A stretch of 63,563 bases of DNA, filler included, from an uncultured bacterium (lineage in GTDB: Bacteria; CAYJOG01), in assembly GCA_964371695.1 (NCBI GenBank). It is 16 parts of 16 records of this genome, joined end to end, with 100 filler letters (N's around TTAATTAATTAA, not from the genome) between each part and the next. Parts side by side here need not be neighbours in the genome. Positions count along the whole stretch, not along the records: positions 8,090 to 12,014 come from CAYJOG010000335.1; positions 12,115 to 16,038 come from CAYJOG010000336.1; positions 16,139 to 20,052 come from CAYJOG010000337.1; 13 more parts are not named here. The stretch is one strand, 5' to 3'. Positions 9,532 through 20,152 of the stretch are shown piece after piece. The notes below the pieces were generated by a model. That model did not search any database, had not been told where the DNA came from, and worked only from the letters and a program-made list of their open reading frames with translations. The position numbers and the translations under genes are program-made. Positions within the stretch are counted from its first letter, which is position 1. Each line of letters opens with the position of its first letter.

Positions 9532-10887
9532 TTGGTACACCCCATGACCGTTTCCCCGTCCCCGCCAGCCCGCCGCACCAACTGGTGGGTGCTGTCGGTG
9601 CTCAACGGTTCCTATTCCATGGTGTGGATGCTGCTGCTTCTCAGCGTGCTGCAAACCATGGTGACGGGTCTGGTGCCCGACAAAGAGAAAGATTCCACCC
9701 TGGCCAAGGTGCTCACCTATGGCCTGCTGGTGGGGCTGTTTTCTTACCCGCTTTCCGGCTACATCAGCGACAACCTGAAGGGCCGCTGGCTGAGGCGTCA
9801 CGGCCAGATTCTGCTGGGCATCACCGGCGGACTGGTGAGCCTTTTTCTGTTGCCAGGCATTGGCACGGTGGTGGGCCTGACGGTTTTTTTTGTGGCGGTG
9901 CAGGCCACGGGCACACTCGCCAGCGCGCCCTATTTCGCCCTGATGCCCGACCTGATTCCCCAACAGGACAGGGGCAAAGCCAGCGCCGCCATGGGATTCA
10001 TGGAAATCATCGGGCGCGTGGCGGCCATTGCCGTGATGGGCGTGGTGATGAGCCATCAGGGGGCCATGCAGAAACTTCTGAAGGGGATGGGTCTTTCGCT
10101 GCCACCCCTCAAAGCCGCCGTGGCGGTGGCCGCCGGGCTGATGATGGCGGCGCTGCTTCTGGGGAACCTGCTGATTCAGTTTTTCATTCCCGTGCCCGCC
10201 AAAAAAGAAGGCCCGCAACAACACGCCCCCCATCCGCAACGCGTGGTGATGACCGAAGAGGAGCGCAAAAAAGGGCTTACGTTCCTCATCCTCAGCCGCA
10301 TCTTCAATCAGGCGGCGATTTTTTCCATCACCAGTTTTCTGGCGTTTTACCTCAAAGACTTTCTGGGAGCGGGCACCATGGAGCGCGCCAACGCCTGGAT
10401 GGCCACGCTGCTGATGGTGGCGACGGCCTTCACCGTGCCCACGGTGCTGCTGACGGGCGGCTGGGTAGACCGCAACGGCCGCAAGGGGCCCCTGGTGCTC
10501 AGTTCGCTGGTGATGATGCTGGTGTGCGGCGGCTTCATGCTGATCAACAACCTCACGCAGGCCTATGTGGTGGGAGCGGTGTTTGGCCTGGCGCTGGGCA
10601 TGTTCACCACGTCGGACTGGGCCTTGGCGGTGGACCTGGTGCCCCAGCACGAAGACAGCGCTTTTTCGCTGGGCACGTGGCAGGCCAGTCTGGTGCTGGG
10701 GCAGATTGTGGGCCTGCCCATCGCCGAGCGGGTGCTCACCTGGGGCCACCACGCCTGGGGCAAACCCAATGGTTATCTGGCGCTGTTTTCTTATGTGGCG
10801 GTGTGCCTGCTGTGGGCGCTGGTGTTTCTGCGCTGGGTGCCGGAGACACTCAAAAAACAGGAGGCCCTGTCCTCGGAAACTGCGTGA
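9532..10887 (+). CDS. MFS transporter
   Basis: About 12 hydrophobic segments; GYISD..GRW and GGWVDRNGRK motif-A loops; PDLIP..RGKAS. Confidence 0.88.
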   Translation: MVHPMTVSPSPPARRTNWWVLSVLNGSYSMVWMLLLLSVLQTMVTGLVPDKEKDSTLAKVLTYGLLVGLFSYPLSGYISDNLKGRWLRRHGQILLGITGGLVSLFLLPGIGTVVGLTVFFVAVQATGTLASAPYFALMPDLIPQQDRGKASAAMGFMEIIGRVAAIAVMGVVMSHQGAMQKLLKGMGLSLPPLKAAVAVAAGLMMAALLLGNLLIQFFIPVPAKKEGPQQHAPHPQRVVMTEEERKKGLTFLILSRIFNQAAIFSITSFLAFYLKDFLGAGTMERANAWMATLLMVATAFTVPTVLLTGGWVDRNGRKGPLVLSSLVMMLVCGGFMLINNLTQAYVVGAVFGLALGMFTTSDWALAVDLVPQHEDSAFSLGTWQASLVLGQIVGLPIAERVLTWGHHAWGKPNGYLALFSYVAVCLLWALVFLRWVPETLKKQEALSSETA

Positions 10888-10947
10888 TCCTTTTTTCTGG
10901 AACAATGGCCTATCAGGGGGTTGATCAACACCCTGCTATCATGCCCT

Positions 10948-11856
10948 GTGCGTAAACGGCTCCTGCAATCCCTCCGCGCTTTCATGGTGACTTTTGCGGG
11001 CTACCTGCCCCGGCCCCTTGCGCCGCCGCTGGCCGCTGTTTTGGGCGCACTGGCCTTCAAGTTTGACAAAAAGGGCCGCAAGCGCGCCATCTGGCAAATG
11101 GCGCTTGCCCAGGTGGGCCAGGATGATCAGGATCGCCTGCAAATCACAAAAGCCATGTACAACCACCTGGCCCTCACCGTGCTGGAAATCCTGTGGGTGG
11201 GCAAACACATTCACCGCGCCCTGGACTTTGTCACCTGGGAAAACATGGAAGTGGCCGAGGCCGCTTTTGCCCATGGCAAGGGCGTCTGTTTCATCACCAG
11301 CCACCAGGGCAACTGGGAGCTGGCTGGCGCCTTGGTGGGGCTAAAGTTCCCCGGCACCGGGGCCATCGTCCGTGAACAGCGAGACCAGGGCCTGGACGCC
11401 CTCGTCAGCCAAAGCCGCTCCCGCGCTGGTGTCACCCAGTTTCCCAACACAAAGGGTCAGGGGCCAGTGCTGGGCGCACATCTTCTGCAGAACAAACCCC
11501 TGGGCATTTTGCTGGACGTGTACGCCTCGCGCAGGCACCCGCCCATTCCCTTTCTGGGTGTGCCCACCCCCACCTTTGTGGGGCCAGCCGACCTCATGCG
11601 CACCGTGGGTTCTCAAGCCATCTTTATTTACCTGGACCGCCTTGGCCCCTACAGACACGTGATGCACATCGCCCCCATTTCCATCGAATGGACACAGGAC
11701 CGGGAGGCCGACCTGATCCGCGCCACCACCCATTTCAACGACCTGATTTCCGAAGCCATCCGCAAAAAGCCCGAACAGTGGTTGTGGATAATGAAACGCT
11801 GGCGCGCCCCTGAAAAGGAACCGGCTCCGCCTGTTCCCGAACCTGCGCCGGTGTAG
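10948..11856 (+). CDS. Lipid A late acyltransferase (LpxL/HtrB) / lysophospholipid acyltransferase family
   Basis: SHQGNWE, PFLG and IRKKPEQWLW..KRWR motifs. Start GTG 10948 inferred from the upstream -10 element. Confidence 0.85.
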   Translation: MRKRLLQSLRAFMVTFAGYLPRPLAPPLAAVLGALAFKFDKKGRKRAIWQMALAQVGQDDQDRLQITKAMYNHLALTVLEILWVGKHIHRALDFVTWENMEVAEAAFAHGKGVCFITSHQGNWELAGALVGLKFPGTGAIVREQRDQGLDALVSQSRSRAGVTQFPNTKGQGPVLGAHLLQNKPLGILLDVYASRRHPPIPFLGVPTPTFVGPADLMRTVGSQAIFIYLDRLGPYRHVMHIAPISIEWTQDREADLIRATTHFNDLISEAIRKKPEQWLWIMKRWRAPEKEPAPPVPEPAPV

Positions 11857-11924
11857 TTCATTTTGCAAAAATTGGTGCATCGTTTTTCGCCTGGATGCGC
11901 CCGTTAAATGGAACCCGAGATCCC

Positions 11925-11995
11925 TCTTCCCCCTCTCCCCTTTAATGGGGAGAGGGTTGGGGTGAGGGGTTTATTCAAAAGCAAAAAACCAAATT
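11925..11995. repeat. CCCTCTCCC/GGGAGAGGG palindromic element
   Basis: Hairpin followed by gggtgaggggttt.ttcaaa..caaaaaaccaaatt, which matches the reverse complement of about 56899-56934. Confidence 0.75.
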
Positions 11996-12136
11996 AGATT
12001 TTTGTTCTTTTTTTNNNNNNNNNNNNNNNNNNNNNNNNNNNNNNNNNNNNNNNNNNNNTTAATTAATTAANNNNNNNNNNNNNNNNNNNNNNNNNNNNNN
12101 NNNNNNNNNNNNNNGCTGGTTAATTTCCGGGATTTG

Positions 12137-12218
12137 GGGCGGTGTCCTCACCGCGGCTAAGGGAAAAAACTGTTTTTTTTCTTTTGATTTGTGCGCGGTG
12201 GGGACACCGCGCCTACTC
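12137..12218. repeat. GTAG-type REP doublet (REPIN-like)
   Basis: The 43 nt at 12176-12218 are identical to 33829-33871. Related copies at 45062-45149, 24694-24722 and 48043-48157. Confidence 0.85.
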
Positions 12219-12239
12219 CTGTAAAGGGCGGAAAACCCG

Positions 12240-15200
12240 TCACCGCTTCAGCAGCAGCGTGAGGTTGCCCTGGCTGAGCAAAAAGTAACCCGCCCAGGTT
12301 TGCAGGGTGCTGGTGGTTTCATAACCGGCTCCCTCCTGGCTCTGCTGATAAAGCGGTGATTTGATCCAGCCGTTTTCCACCGCCACCGAGAGCGGCACAA
12401 TCTGCTGGCTGGCGTTGTGCCGCACCTGGATGTTGTCGCCCCACGCGAGTGGCCCGTCAAAGGGATTGCCGATGAGGTTCCAGCCTTCCACCAGCGGCAG
12501 CTCAATGGCCTGGGCGGGGTCTGGCAACACGCCTTCCAGGTCCAGTTCCGCCGCCTCTGGCAGGCGCAGCCAGAAACCCAGGCCCGCCTGCAGGTCCACG
12601 TCCTCGCCCTTACCCACCTGGGTGAAGACGCTTTCGTAATACTGATAAATCTCCGGGTCTTTCACGTCGTCGCCCAGTTGCAGCGCCGCCTTGGTGGGCA
12701 CGGCGTCGATGGGGAAACTCACCAGCCGCCAGCCCGTCTCAAAGGAATGGCTCACCGCACTCAGCGCACCCCCCAGGCGGGTGGCCTTGACGAGGAAGGT
12801 TTTTTCTTCGACCTGACCCTCGGCGGGGTTGGCGGCGTAATCAAACCGCAGGGGCGCGCCCGCCGAAAGCACCAGCACCTCGCCGCTGGAAAGGTCTGTG
12901 ACGTGGGTGAGGAACGCGTCGTTCTCGTTGTTGAGCAGGCTGAAGTTCACGCTCACCGGCCCCTGCTGGTTGGTGCGGGTGCTCACGGTCCACAAGGTTT
13001 CCTTGCCCCGCTCCAGGCTGGCGGCTTTGTAGTTGGACGCCAGACGCGCCTGTTTGCCCCCTGTGTCCACCCCTTCTGCGAACACCATGAGGTAATCCTC
13101 GGTGGGGGGCGGCTCTTCGGCATCGGCCACGTCGCGGCCCTCAACGGCGGTGTGCATGAGGCCCACGTGGTTGTCCACGTCGGCATAAACCCGGCCGTTC
13201 ACACCCTGCTGTGTGGCCGACACACCCACCCGGTGCACGGGCAGCGGTTTGCGCACGATACGCGCCACGCCGCTGGGGTCGCCCCCGGCGGGGTTCACAA
13301 TCATGTCCAGGTTTTCGTTGAGCTTGAGGAAATAGGCCGAGTAAGGGGCCAGTGTGCCGGTGTCGGTCACCTGCACATAGGTGCCCCCCGCATAACCCCA
13401 CATCACGCTGTCCAGCCAGCCCGCCAGCACCGCTGAGGAGAACGAGCGCACCTCGTTGGTGGCCCGGTTGCGGAACTGAAGGCTGGACACCGGCATGGAG
13501 CGGTTAAACGGCGTGCCGATCATGTTCCAGCCGTTGTAGAGCGTGAGGCTGTAGTTCTGTGTGCTGTCCTGCGCGTTGTAGGCAAAAGAAAGCGTCACGT
13601 CCTGATCGTAAGTCCGCACCCAGAAACCCTGTCCCGGCCCGGCGGTGAACTCGGTGCTGTAGTTATACAGCGGGGCCACGCCGGGGGTGAGCGGGTTCCA
13701 GCGCCGCACGTTGTATTTGCCGCTGATGAATTTTTTGGGATCGCTGGGCACGGGCTGGCCCGGCACGCTGAACAGGTGCCAGGCGTTTTTCACCAGCGTC
13801 ATGCCCACCGGCGGGGCCAACTGGTTGGTGATGTAAATCTGCCGGGTGAGCACCCGCGTGTTGCCCGCCGTGTCGGCCCCCGTGAGGCGCAGGGTGTAGA
13901 GGCCCGTGAGGGTGGTGGTGTCCCACTGGGCGATGGTCTGGTTGTTCACTGCGCCGTTGGTAGTGGTGCCGATCTGCTTATAGGCGGTGGGGGTCGCGCC
14001 GGGGCCATATTCCACCTTCACCGTGGCCACGGCCACGTCGTCGCTCACCGTGGCCAGTATGTTGAGGATGCCCCCGATGGGCGTGGTTTGTGTGTTGGCC
14101 GCCGGACTGCCCAACGCCACCTGGGGCAGGGTGAGGTCCACGCGGATGCTGCGGGTGACCGTGGTGACGTTGCCGCTGGGGTCGGTGGCCACCACGGTGA
14201 ACACCTGAAGCCCCTCGCTCACCGTCACCGAGCCGCTCACGGCCCCCAGTGTCACGGGCACGTTCACGCCGTTACCCACCACCACCACGCCGGTGCCGGA
14301 TTCTGTGGTGCCCGTAACGGGAATGCTGGTGACGCGGGTGAGGTAACCGGCGGGTGGGCTGGTGAGCGTGAGCGGCGGGGGCGTCACGTCGGCCAGGATG
14401 CCGTCGCTGTGGCGCACGGGGCTGGTGACCATGGCCGGGTTGGTCACCCGCACACTCACGACATAAATCGTGCCATCCACCAACGTGAGGTTGGAGCGCG
14501 TCACCGTTTTGCTCAGGCCGTTGCTGGTCCAGGGCACCACGTTCGCGAGGCCGGGCGAGGTGCCGATGCTGTAGCTGTATTCGATCACCCCCGCCACGCC
14601 CGATGGCCCCACCACCGGATCAGCCCAGGTGGCCGAGAGCGTGGTGAGTTGGCGGGTGTAGTCCAGGTCATCCGCCGAGCCGGAAAGCGTGCCGTCGTTC
14701 ACAAAGGGAATGGTGGGCTGCACGCTGTCGATGAGTGTGCCGTCGGTGCTGCGCACCGGCCCCACAATGCCCGCGTTGGTCACCGACCGCACGTTCACGT
14801 AATACGTGCTGCCGTTCTGCAGGGGCAGCGAAGAACTCGTCCAGCTTGTGGCGATGCCGATGTTTGTCCAGGGAATGAAGTTGGTGGCCCCCGGCGAGGT
14901 GCCCACCGACAGGCTGTATTCGCGGATGCCGCCCGGCCCCGCCACCGCCGCCGCCCAGTTGGCGTTCAGCACTTCGGGGGATCCCTGATAATCAATGTCC
15001 GTGCCGGGGCCGTCGTTGACGAAGGAGATGGAAGGCACGGTGTTGTCCACCAGCACGCCGTTGGTGCTCATCACCGGCCCGGCGGTGATGGCGTTGTTGC
15101 CGCTGCGCACGTTGACGTAATAGGTGGCCCCCAGCGTGAGGGTGAGGCCCGTGCGCGTGACCGACGTGCTGGTGCTCACGTCGGTCCAGTTCACCACGTT

Positions 15201-16038
15201 GGTGAGGCCGGGCGACGTGCCGATGCTGTAGCTGTAAAACACCGTGCCGCTTTCGGCGTCGGCGCCCGGCTGCCAGTTGGCATAGAGCGTGTTGTTGCTG
15301 GAGGCGTAGAACTCGTCGGTGGCGGTGAGGCCATCCTTGAGCTGCGAGACGGCGGTGGGGGCCGAGGTGTCTACCTTGGTGATGTCGGTGGTGGTGCGGG
15401 TCACGTTATTGCCCACGTTGTCTTTCATCACAATCTGCCACGTGTAGCACTTGGCGCTGAGGCGGTCGTAGGGGTCAATCACCGAGCCGGCCTGGGCCGT
15501 CGCCGCGCTATAGCTGAGCACGAAGGTGTTGTCCATGGCAAAGGCCCCGCAGTTGCCCGCCGAGAGGGGGGCCACCAGCCGTTGCAGTGTGTGGCCGTTA
15601 CCGTTGCCCGCCGTGATGCCCGCGCCTGCGTCGGTGGCGATGACGTAGTTCACCGTTTGATCGGCCAGGTTGTTGTTTTGCCAGCCGTTGAAATGGGTGA
15701 CCGTGCCGCCGGTGGGGTCGGTGATGTCGCGGGTGAGGTTGAAGTGGGTGCTGGCCGAAAGCCCGTTGCCCGCCTTGTCCACGCAGGTGGGCCTGCTGGC
15801 CACGGGGCTGGCGTCTCCAAAACTGTTGGCGCCGGTGGTGTAGCTCACGGTATAGGCGGGGGCGTTGTCGGTGCCGCTGCCGCTGATGTTGGTGATGGGC
15901 GCGCCCAGTGTGGGGAAGATGATGTGGCTGAAGCTGTGTACGTCGGTGCCGGTGCTCTCGATCTGGAAAGACCCGGCCCCCTGGTTGCTGTAAAACACCG
16001 TTCTGCCGTTCACCCAGGTGTTGAGCGAGGTTTTGGTG
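12240..16038 (-). CDS. Large Thr/Ser-rich surface protein (>1260 aa, 5' truncated) with FN3/Ig-like repeats
   Basis: Three ~110-aa repeats (DG..D.DY..L.A.W..YS.S(I/V)GTSPG..N..WT..G.TY.V.VR..DG.L.D.T.P), Ig-like VDLTLP units and four (G/A)W..(I/F/V)..P modules. Confidence 0.8.
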
Positions 16039-16146
16039 NNNNNNNNNNNNNNNNNNNNNNNNNNNNNNNNNNNNNNNNNNNNTTAATTAATTAANNNNNN
16101 NNNNNNNNNNNNNNNNNNNNNNNNNNNNNNNNNNNNNNGAGAAACA

Positions 16147-16893
16147 ATGCTGAAATTTGAAAACTTGTTCGCCAGGGTAGAATGAGCCGAAAGCGAAATC
16201 CTGTAGGGGATTTCGCTGATGGTGAACCCCGGCGAGGTGCATGCCATCATGGGGCCAAACGGATCGGGCAAAAGCACTCTGGCCAAAATCGTCACAGGGC
16301 ACCCCGGATATGAAACCCTGGGGGGCAGCGTGCTGTTTGAGGGAGAAGACCTGCTGGCGCTGGAGCCGGAAGAGCGCGCCCTGCGGGGCGTGTTCATGAG
16401 TTTTCAGTATACGGTGGAAATCGCTGGGGTGAACAACGCTGAGTTCATGCGCATGGCCTATAACGCACGGCAAAAACACCTGGGCCTTGAAGAACTGGAC
16501 GCATTTGATTTCGACACGTTGCTGGACGAAAAAATGAAAGTGCTGGAAATGGGCGAGAAGTTCAAGGAGCGGGGCCTGAACAGCGGTTTTTCAGGTGGCG
16601 AGAAAAAACGCAACGAAATATTGCAACTGCTGGTGCTTGGCCCGAAGCTGGCGTTTCTGGATGAAACCGATTCGGGCCTGGACATTGACGCCCTCAGGGT
16701 GGTTTCCCACGGCATCAACAGTTTTCGCAATCCCGAAAACGCCGTGATTCTGGTGACCCACTATCAGCGGCTGCTCAACTATGTGGAGCCTGATTTTGTC
16801 CACGTGCTCAGCAACGGAAAAATCATCCGCTCCGGCGGCAAGGACCTGGCGCTGGAACTGGAAGAGCAGGGTTATGAGGCGGTGGCCCGCTGA
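16147..16893 (+). CDS. sufC: Fe-S cluster assembly ATPase, with in-frame TGA 16183 and TAG 16204 that are probable sequence errors
   Basis: MLKFENLFARVE*AESEIL*GISLMVNPGEVHAIMGPNGSGKSTL; FSGGEKKRNEI; LDETDSGLDID. Confidence 0.93.
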
Positions 16894-16894
16894 A

Positions 16895-18121
16895 ATGGCC
16901 GCCACGCTTGTGCAAAAAAATGGCCCGGCCGGTCACGCGCCTGTGACCGGTTTGCCCTATCCCCACACGGGACTGGAAGAGTGGCTGCATGTGCGCCTGC
17001 CCGCCCAGCCCACCGCCTGGACGCTGGCTCAAAATGGTTTGGGAGACGAGGGGTTGCACCGGGCGCTTGCGCCTTTTTTGGCCAGCCTGGGCGATGCCCC
17101 TCGACTGGTGCTGGAAAACGGCGGCCTGCACACGGCCCTCAGTGATTGGCAGGGGGTGACGGGGCTGGATGTCCAGGCGGTTTCCTGGCACGAAGAAAAC
17201 GTGCCGCCGGAATCGGCAACAGATTATTTCGCCAGCCTGAGCGCCCGTTTTGCGCCGCAGGAAGTTGTCTTGCGGATGAAAAAAGGGGCCGCCCCGGCAG
17301 CGTCGCTCACGATTCTCTCGCTGGCCAGCCAGGCGGTGGAAGGGGAATGGGTGTTGCCCCGGTTGCGAATTCACGTGGAGCGGGAAGCCGAGTTGTCGGT
17401 GGCGTTGATGTGGCTGGAGGCGGACGGTGGATGGTGTCTGCCTGAAATGGACGTGTCGCTGGAGCAGGGAGCCTGCCTGCGGATAGAAGAAGCCCGGCCC
17501 GCCGCCGCCGGTTGTGTGTTGAGCGGCTGGACCGTGCATCAGGGGCGGGACAGCCGGTTTCATCACAACGGCGTGAACCTGGGGGCCGGGCCGGGGCGGT
17601 GCCGCATGGCCCTGTCGCTGGATGATGAAAACGCCGAGGTCCACCTGGCCGCGCTGAATCTGGTGGCCCAGGACAGGCAGATGCATCATTTTTTGCGGGT
17701 GCATCACCGCGCACCCCATTGCCTCAGTCGCCAGGTGTTCAAGTCGGTGCTCATGGACACGGCCCGCACCAGTTTTGACGGTCTGGTGCATGTGTACCCT
17801 GGCGCGGCGGGCACCGACGCCCACCAGCTCAACCAGAATCTGATGCTTTCTCCCACGGCCCGCGCCGACGCCAATCCGCGCCTGGAGATTTTTGCCGACG
17901 ACGTGAAGTGCGCCCACGGGGCCACGGTGGGGCGGCTCAATGAAGAAGAAGTTTTTTATCTGCAAACCCGTGGCCTTGGCCGGGCGCAGGCCCAGCAGTT
18001 GCTCACACTGGGCTTTGCGCGGGAGATGCTGGGCCAGTTCACTTCGCCGGTGATCCGCGACTGGGCCGAACGGCAGGTGTTGCCCCTGCTGGGGGCGGGC
18101 GGAAAGGATGAGAACCCATGA
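16895..18121 (+). CDS. sufD: Fe-S cluster assembly protein SufD
   Basis: EEW N-terminal motif, NLMLS..ADANPRLEIFADDVKCAHGATVG, FYLQTRG. Confidence 0.9.
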   Translation: MAATLVQKNGPAGHAPVTGLPYPHTGLEEWLHVRLPAQPTAWTLAQNGLGDEGLHRALAPFLASLGDAPRLVLENGGLHTALSDWQGVTGLDVQAVSWHEENVPPESATDYFASLSARFAPQEVVLRMKKGAAPAASLTILSLASQAVEGEWVLPRLRIHVEREAELSVALMWLEADGGWCLPEMDVSLEQGACLRIEEARPAAAGCVLSGWTVHQGRDSRFHHNGVNLGAGPGRCRMALSLDDENAEVHLAALNLVAQDRQMHHFLRVHHRAPHCLSRQVFKSVLMDTARTSFDGLVHVYPGAAGTDAHQLNQNLMLSPTARADANPRLEIFADDVKCAHGATVGRLNEEEVFYLQTRGLGRAQAQQLLTLGFAREMLGQFTSPVIRDWAERQVLPLLGAGGKDENP

Positions 18122-19362
18122 GCGCCGCCACTTCCACCGCTGCCGCCTATGACGTGCTGGCGCTGCGCGACCAGTTCCCTGTTCTCAAAACCCTCAGCCG
18201 GGGCAAGCCGCTGATCTACCTGGATAACGGGGCCACCACGCAAAAACCCCTGTGTGTGTTGGACACGCTGGATCATTTTCTGCGCCACCGCTATGGCACG
18301 GTGCACCGGGGGGTGTACGAACTCAGCGAGCAGGCCACCGCCGCTTTTGAGAACGCCCGCAAGACTGCCCAGCGGTTTGTGGGGGCGGCTGATGCACACG
18401 AAATCATCTTCACCAGCGGCTGCACCGATGGTCTGAATCTGGTGGCCGCCACCTGGGGTCGGGCCAACCTGAAGGCCGGTGACGAAGTGCTGCTCACCCG
18501 CATGGAGCACCACAGCAACATCGTGCCCTGGCAAATGCTGCGGGACGAAAAAGGCATCGTGATTCGCGTGGTGGATTTTTCGCCCGAGGGGGAACTGGAT
18601 GAAAACCAGTTCGCCAGCCTGCTCAGCGAAAAAACAAAACTGGTGAGCCTGACCCACGTGAGCAACGCTCTGGGCACGGTGAATCCGGTGGCGCGCCTCG
18701 CGGCCCTGGCCAAAGGGGTGGGGGCCGTGGTGGTGGTGGACGGGGCGCAGTCGGCTGCGCACCTGGACGTGGATGTGTTGGCCATGGGCATTGATTTTTT
18801 CGCCTTCAGCGGCCACAAGATTTATGGCCCCACCGGCACCGGGGTGCTGTGGGGGCGTCTGCCGCTGCTGGAGGAAATGCCGCCATATCGGGGCGGCGGC
18901 GACATGATTTTGAGTGTGAGTTTTGAGAAAACGGTTTACGCCAAATCCCCGGCGCGGTTTGAGGCAGGCACACCCGCCATCGCCGAGGTGATTGGCCTGG
19001 GCGCGGCCATGGAATTTTTGATGACGGTGGGCCGCAGCCGCATCGCCGCGCACGAAAACCAGCTGGTGCGCCAGTGCATGGCGAGCCTGGGTGAAATCCC
19101 CGGTGTGACGCTGGTGGGCACCGCCAGAGAAAAAGCCGGTGTGGTGAGTTTTGTCATGGAACAGGCCCACCCCCACGACATCGCCACGGTGCTGGACGCC
19201 GAGGGCGTGGCCATCCGGGCGGGGCACCACTGCGCCCAGCCGGTGATGGATTTTCTGGGCCACTCCGCCACGGCGCGGGCCTCGGTGGGGTTATACAACA
19301 CACCCGAAGACATCGAGATTTTTCTGTCCGCCGTGCGCAAGGTGCATGAGATTTTTGGTTGA
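18118..19362 (+). CDS. sufS: Cysteine desulfurase, SufS family
   Basis: YLDNGATTQKP, SGHKIYGPTG (PLP lysine), RAGHHCAQP. Confidence 0.95.
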   Translation: MSAATSTAAAYDVLALRDQFPVLKTLSRGKPLIYLDNGATTQKPLCVLDTLDHFLRHRYGTVHRGVYELSEQATAAFENARKTAQRFVGAADAHEIIFTSGCTDGLNLVAATWGRANLKAGDEVLLTRMEHHSNIVPWQMLRDEKGIVIRVVDFSPEGELDENQFASLLSEKTKLVSLTHVSNALGTVNPVARLAALAKGVGAVVVVDGAQSAAHLDVDVLAMGIDFFAFSGHKIYGPTGTGVLWGRLPLLEEMPPYRGGGDMILSVSFEKTVYAKSPARFEAGTPAIAEVIGLGAAMEFLMTVGRSRIAAHENQLVRQCMASLGEIPGVTLVGTAREKAGVVSFVMEQAHPHDIATVLDAEGVAIRAGHHCAQPVMDFLGHSATARASVGLYNTPEDIEIFLSAVRKVHEIFG

Positions 19363-19439
19363 ACCATTTGTGCCAGAGACTACCCAACGGACGTTTCATG
19401 GGGCAGGATGGGTGAGCGTTTTTTTTGAAGGGGCCTGAC

Positions 19440-19889
19440 ATGTCTTATGCCAACCAGCTCTATCAGCAGATGATTCTGGATCACAACAAAAAACCCAGGA
19501 ACTTCCGCCCCATGGAAAACGCCACCCACGTCTGTCCGGGTCGCAACCCCCTGTGCGGAGACGAAATCACCGTTTATGCCAGGGTGGAAAACGATGGCAT
19601 CGAAGACGTGAGTTTTCAGGGCAAGGGTTGTTCCATCTGCATGTCCAGCGCCTCGATGATGACCGAGTTTGTCAAAGGCAAAACCACCCGGCAGGCCCAG
19701 GATTCTTTTGAAGAGTTTCACCGCATGATATTGGGTGAACTGGACCCAAACACCACGCCCAACACGCTGGGCAAACTCAAGGTGTTCGAGGGGGTCAAGG
19801 AATATCCCGCCCGCACCAAATGCGCCTCGTTGCCCTGGCATACGCTGAAGGGGGCGTTGTCGCTCATCCGCGAGGTGAGCACGGAATAA
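19440..19889 (+). CDS. sufU: SUF system NifU-family scaffold/sulfur-transfer protein
   Basis: LYQQMILDHNKKPRN, NPLCGDEI, GCSICMSSASMM, RTKCASL.W. Confidence 0.92.
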   Translation: MSYANQLYQQMILDHNKKPRNFRPMENATHVCPGRNPLCGDEITVYARVENDGIEDVSFQGKGCSICMSSASMMTEFVKGKTTRQAQDSFEEFHRMILGELDPNTTPNTLGKLKVFEGVKEYPARTKCASLPWHTLKGALSLIREVSTE

Positions 19890-20051
19890 TCACAGCCCCA
19901 GGCGTTTGAGTGCTTCGGCCACCAGTTCTTCGGCGCTCAGGTCTTCTTCTATTTCGCCCAGGGTTTTGCTGATTTCCAGGGCGGTGAAACCCAACTGGCG
20001 CAGCACGGCTTCGGCGTCTTCGTGGCGGGGTGAGGCCCGCAGGGGTGTGGT
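19890..20051 (-). CDS. ruvA: Holliday junction protein RuvA, C-terminal domain fragment
   Basis: Manual translation: HEDAEAVLRQLGFTALEISKTLGEIEEDLSAEELVAEALKRLGL*. Confidence 0.75.
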   Translation of the reverse strand, partial: TTPLRASPRHEDAEAVLRQLGFTALEISKTLGEIEEDLSAEELVAEALKRLGL

Positions 20052-20152
20052 GNNNNNNNNNNNNNNNNNNNNNNNNNNNNNNNNNNNNNNNNNNNNTTAA
20101 TTAATTAANNNNNNNNNNNNNNNNNNNNNNNNNNNNNNNNNNNNNNNNNNNN

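Noticed and set aside
13776-16094. Long antisense or alternative-frame ORFs (e.g. 13776-16094+, 37919-39859-, 61502-63382-, 52336-53856-)
   Set aside because: They are shadows of real high-GC genes on the opposite strand and carry no recognisable motifs.
16139-19889. suf operon lacking sufB
   Set aside because: sufC starts 8 nt from the contig edge, so sufB may lie upstream or elsewhere. Its absence cannot be claimed.
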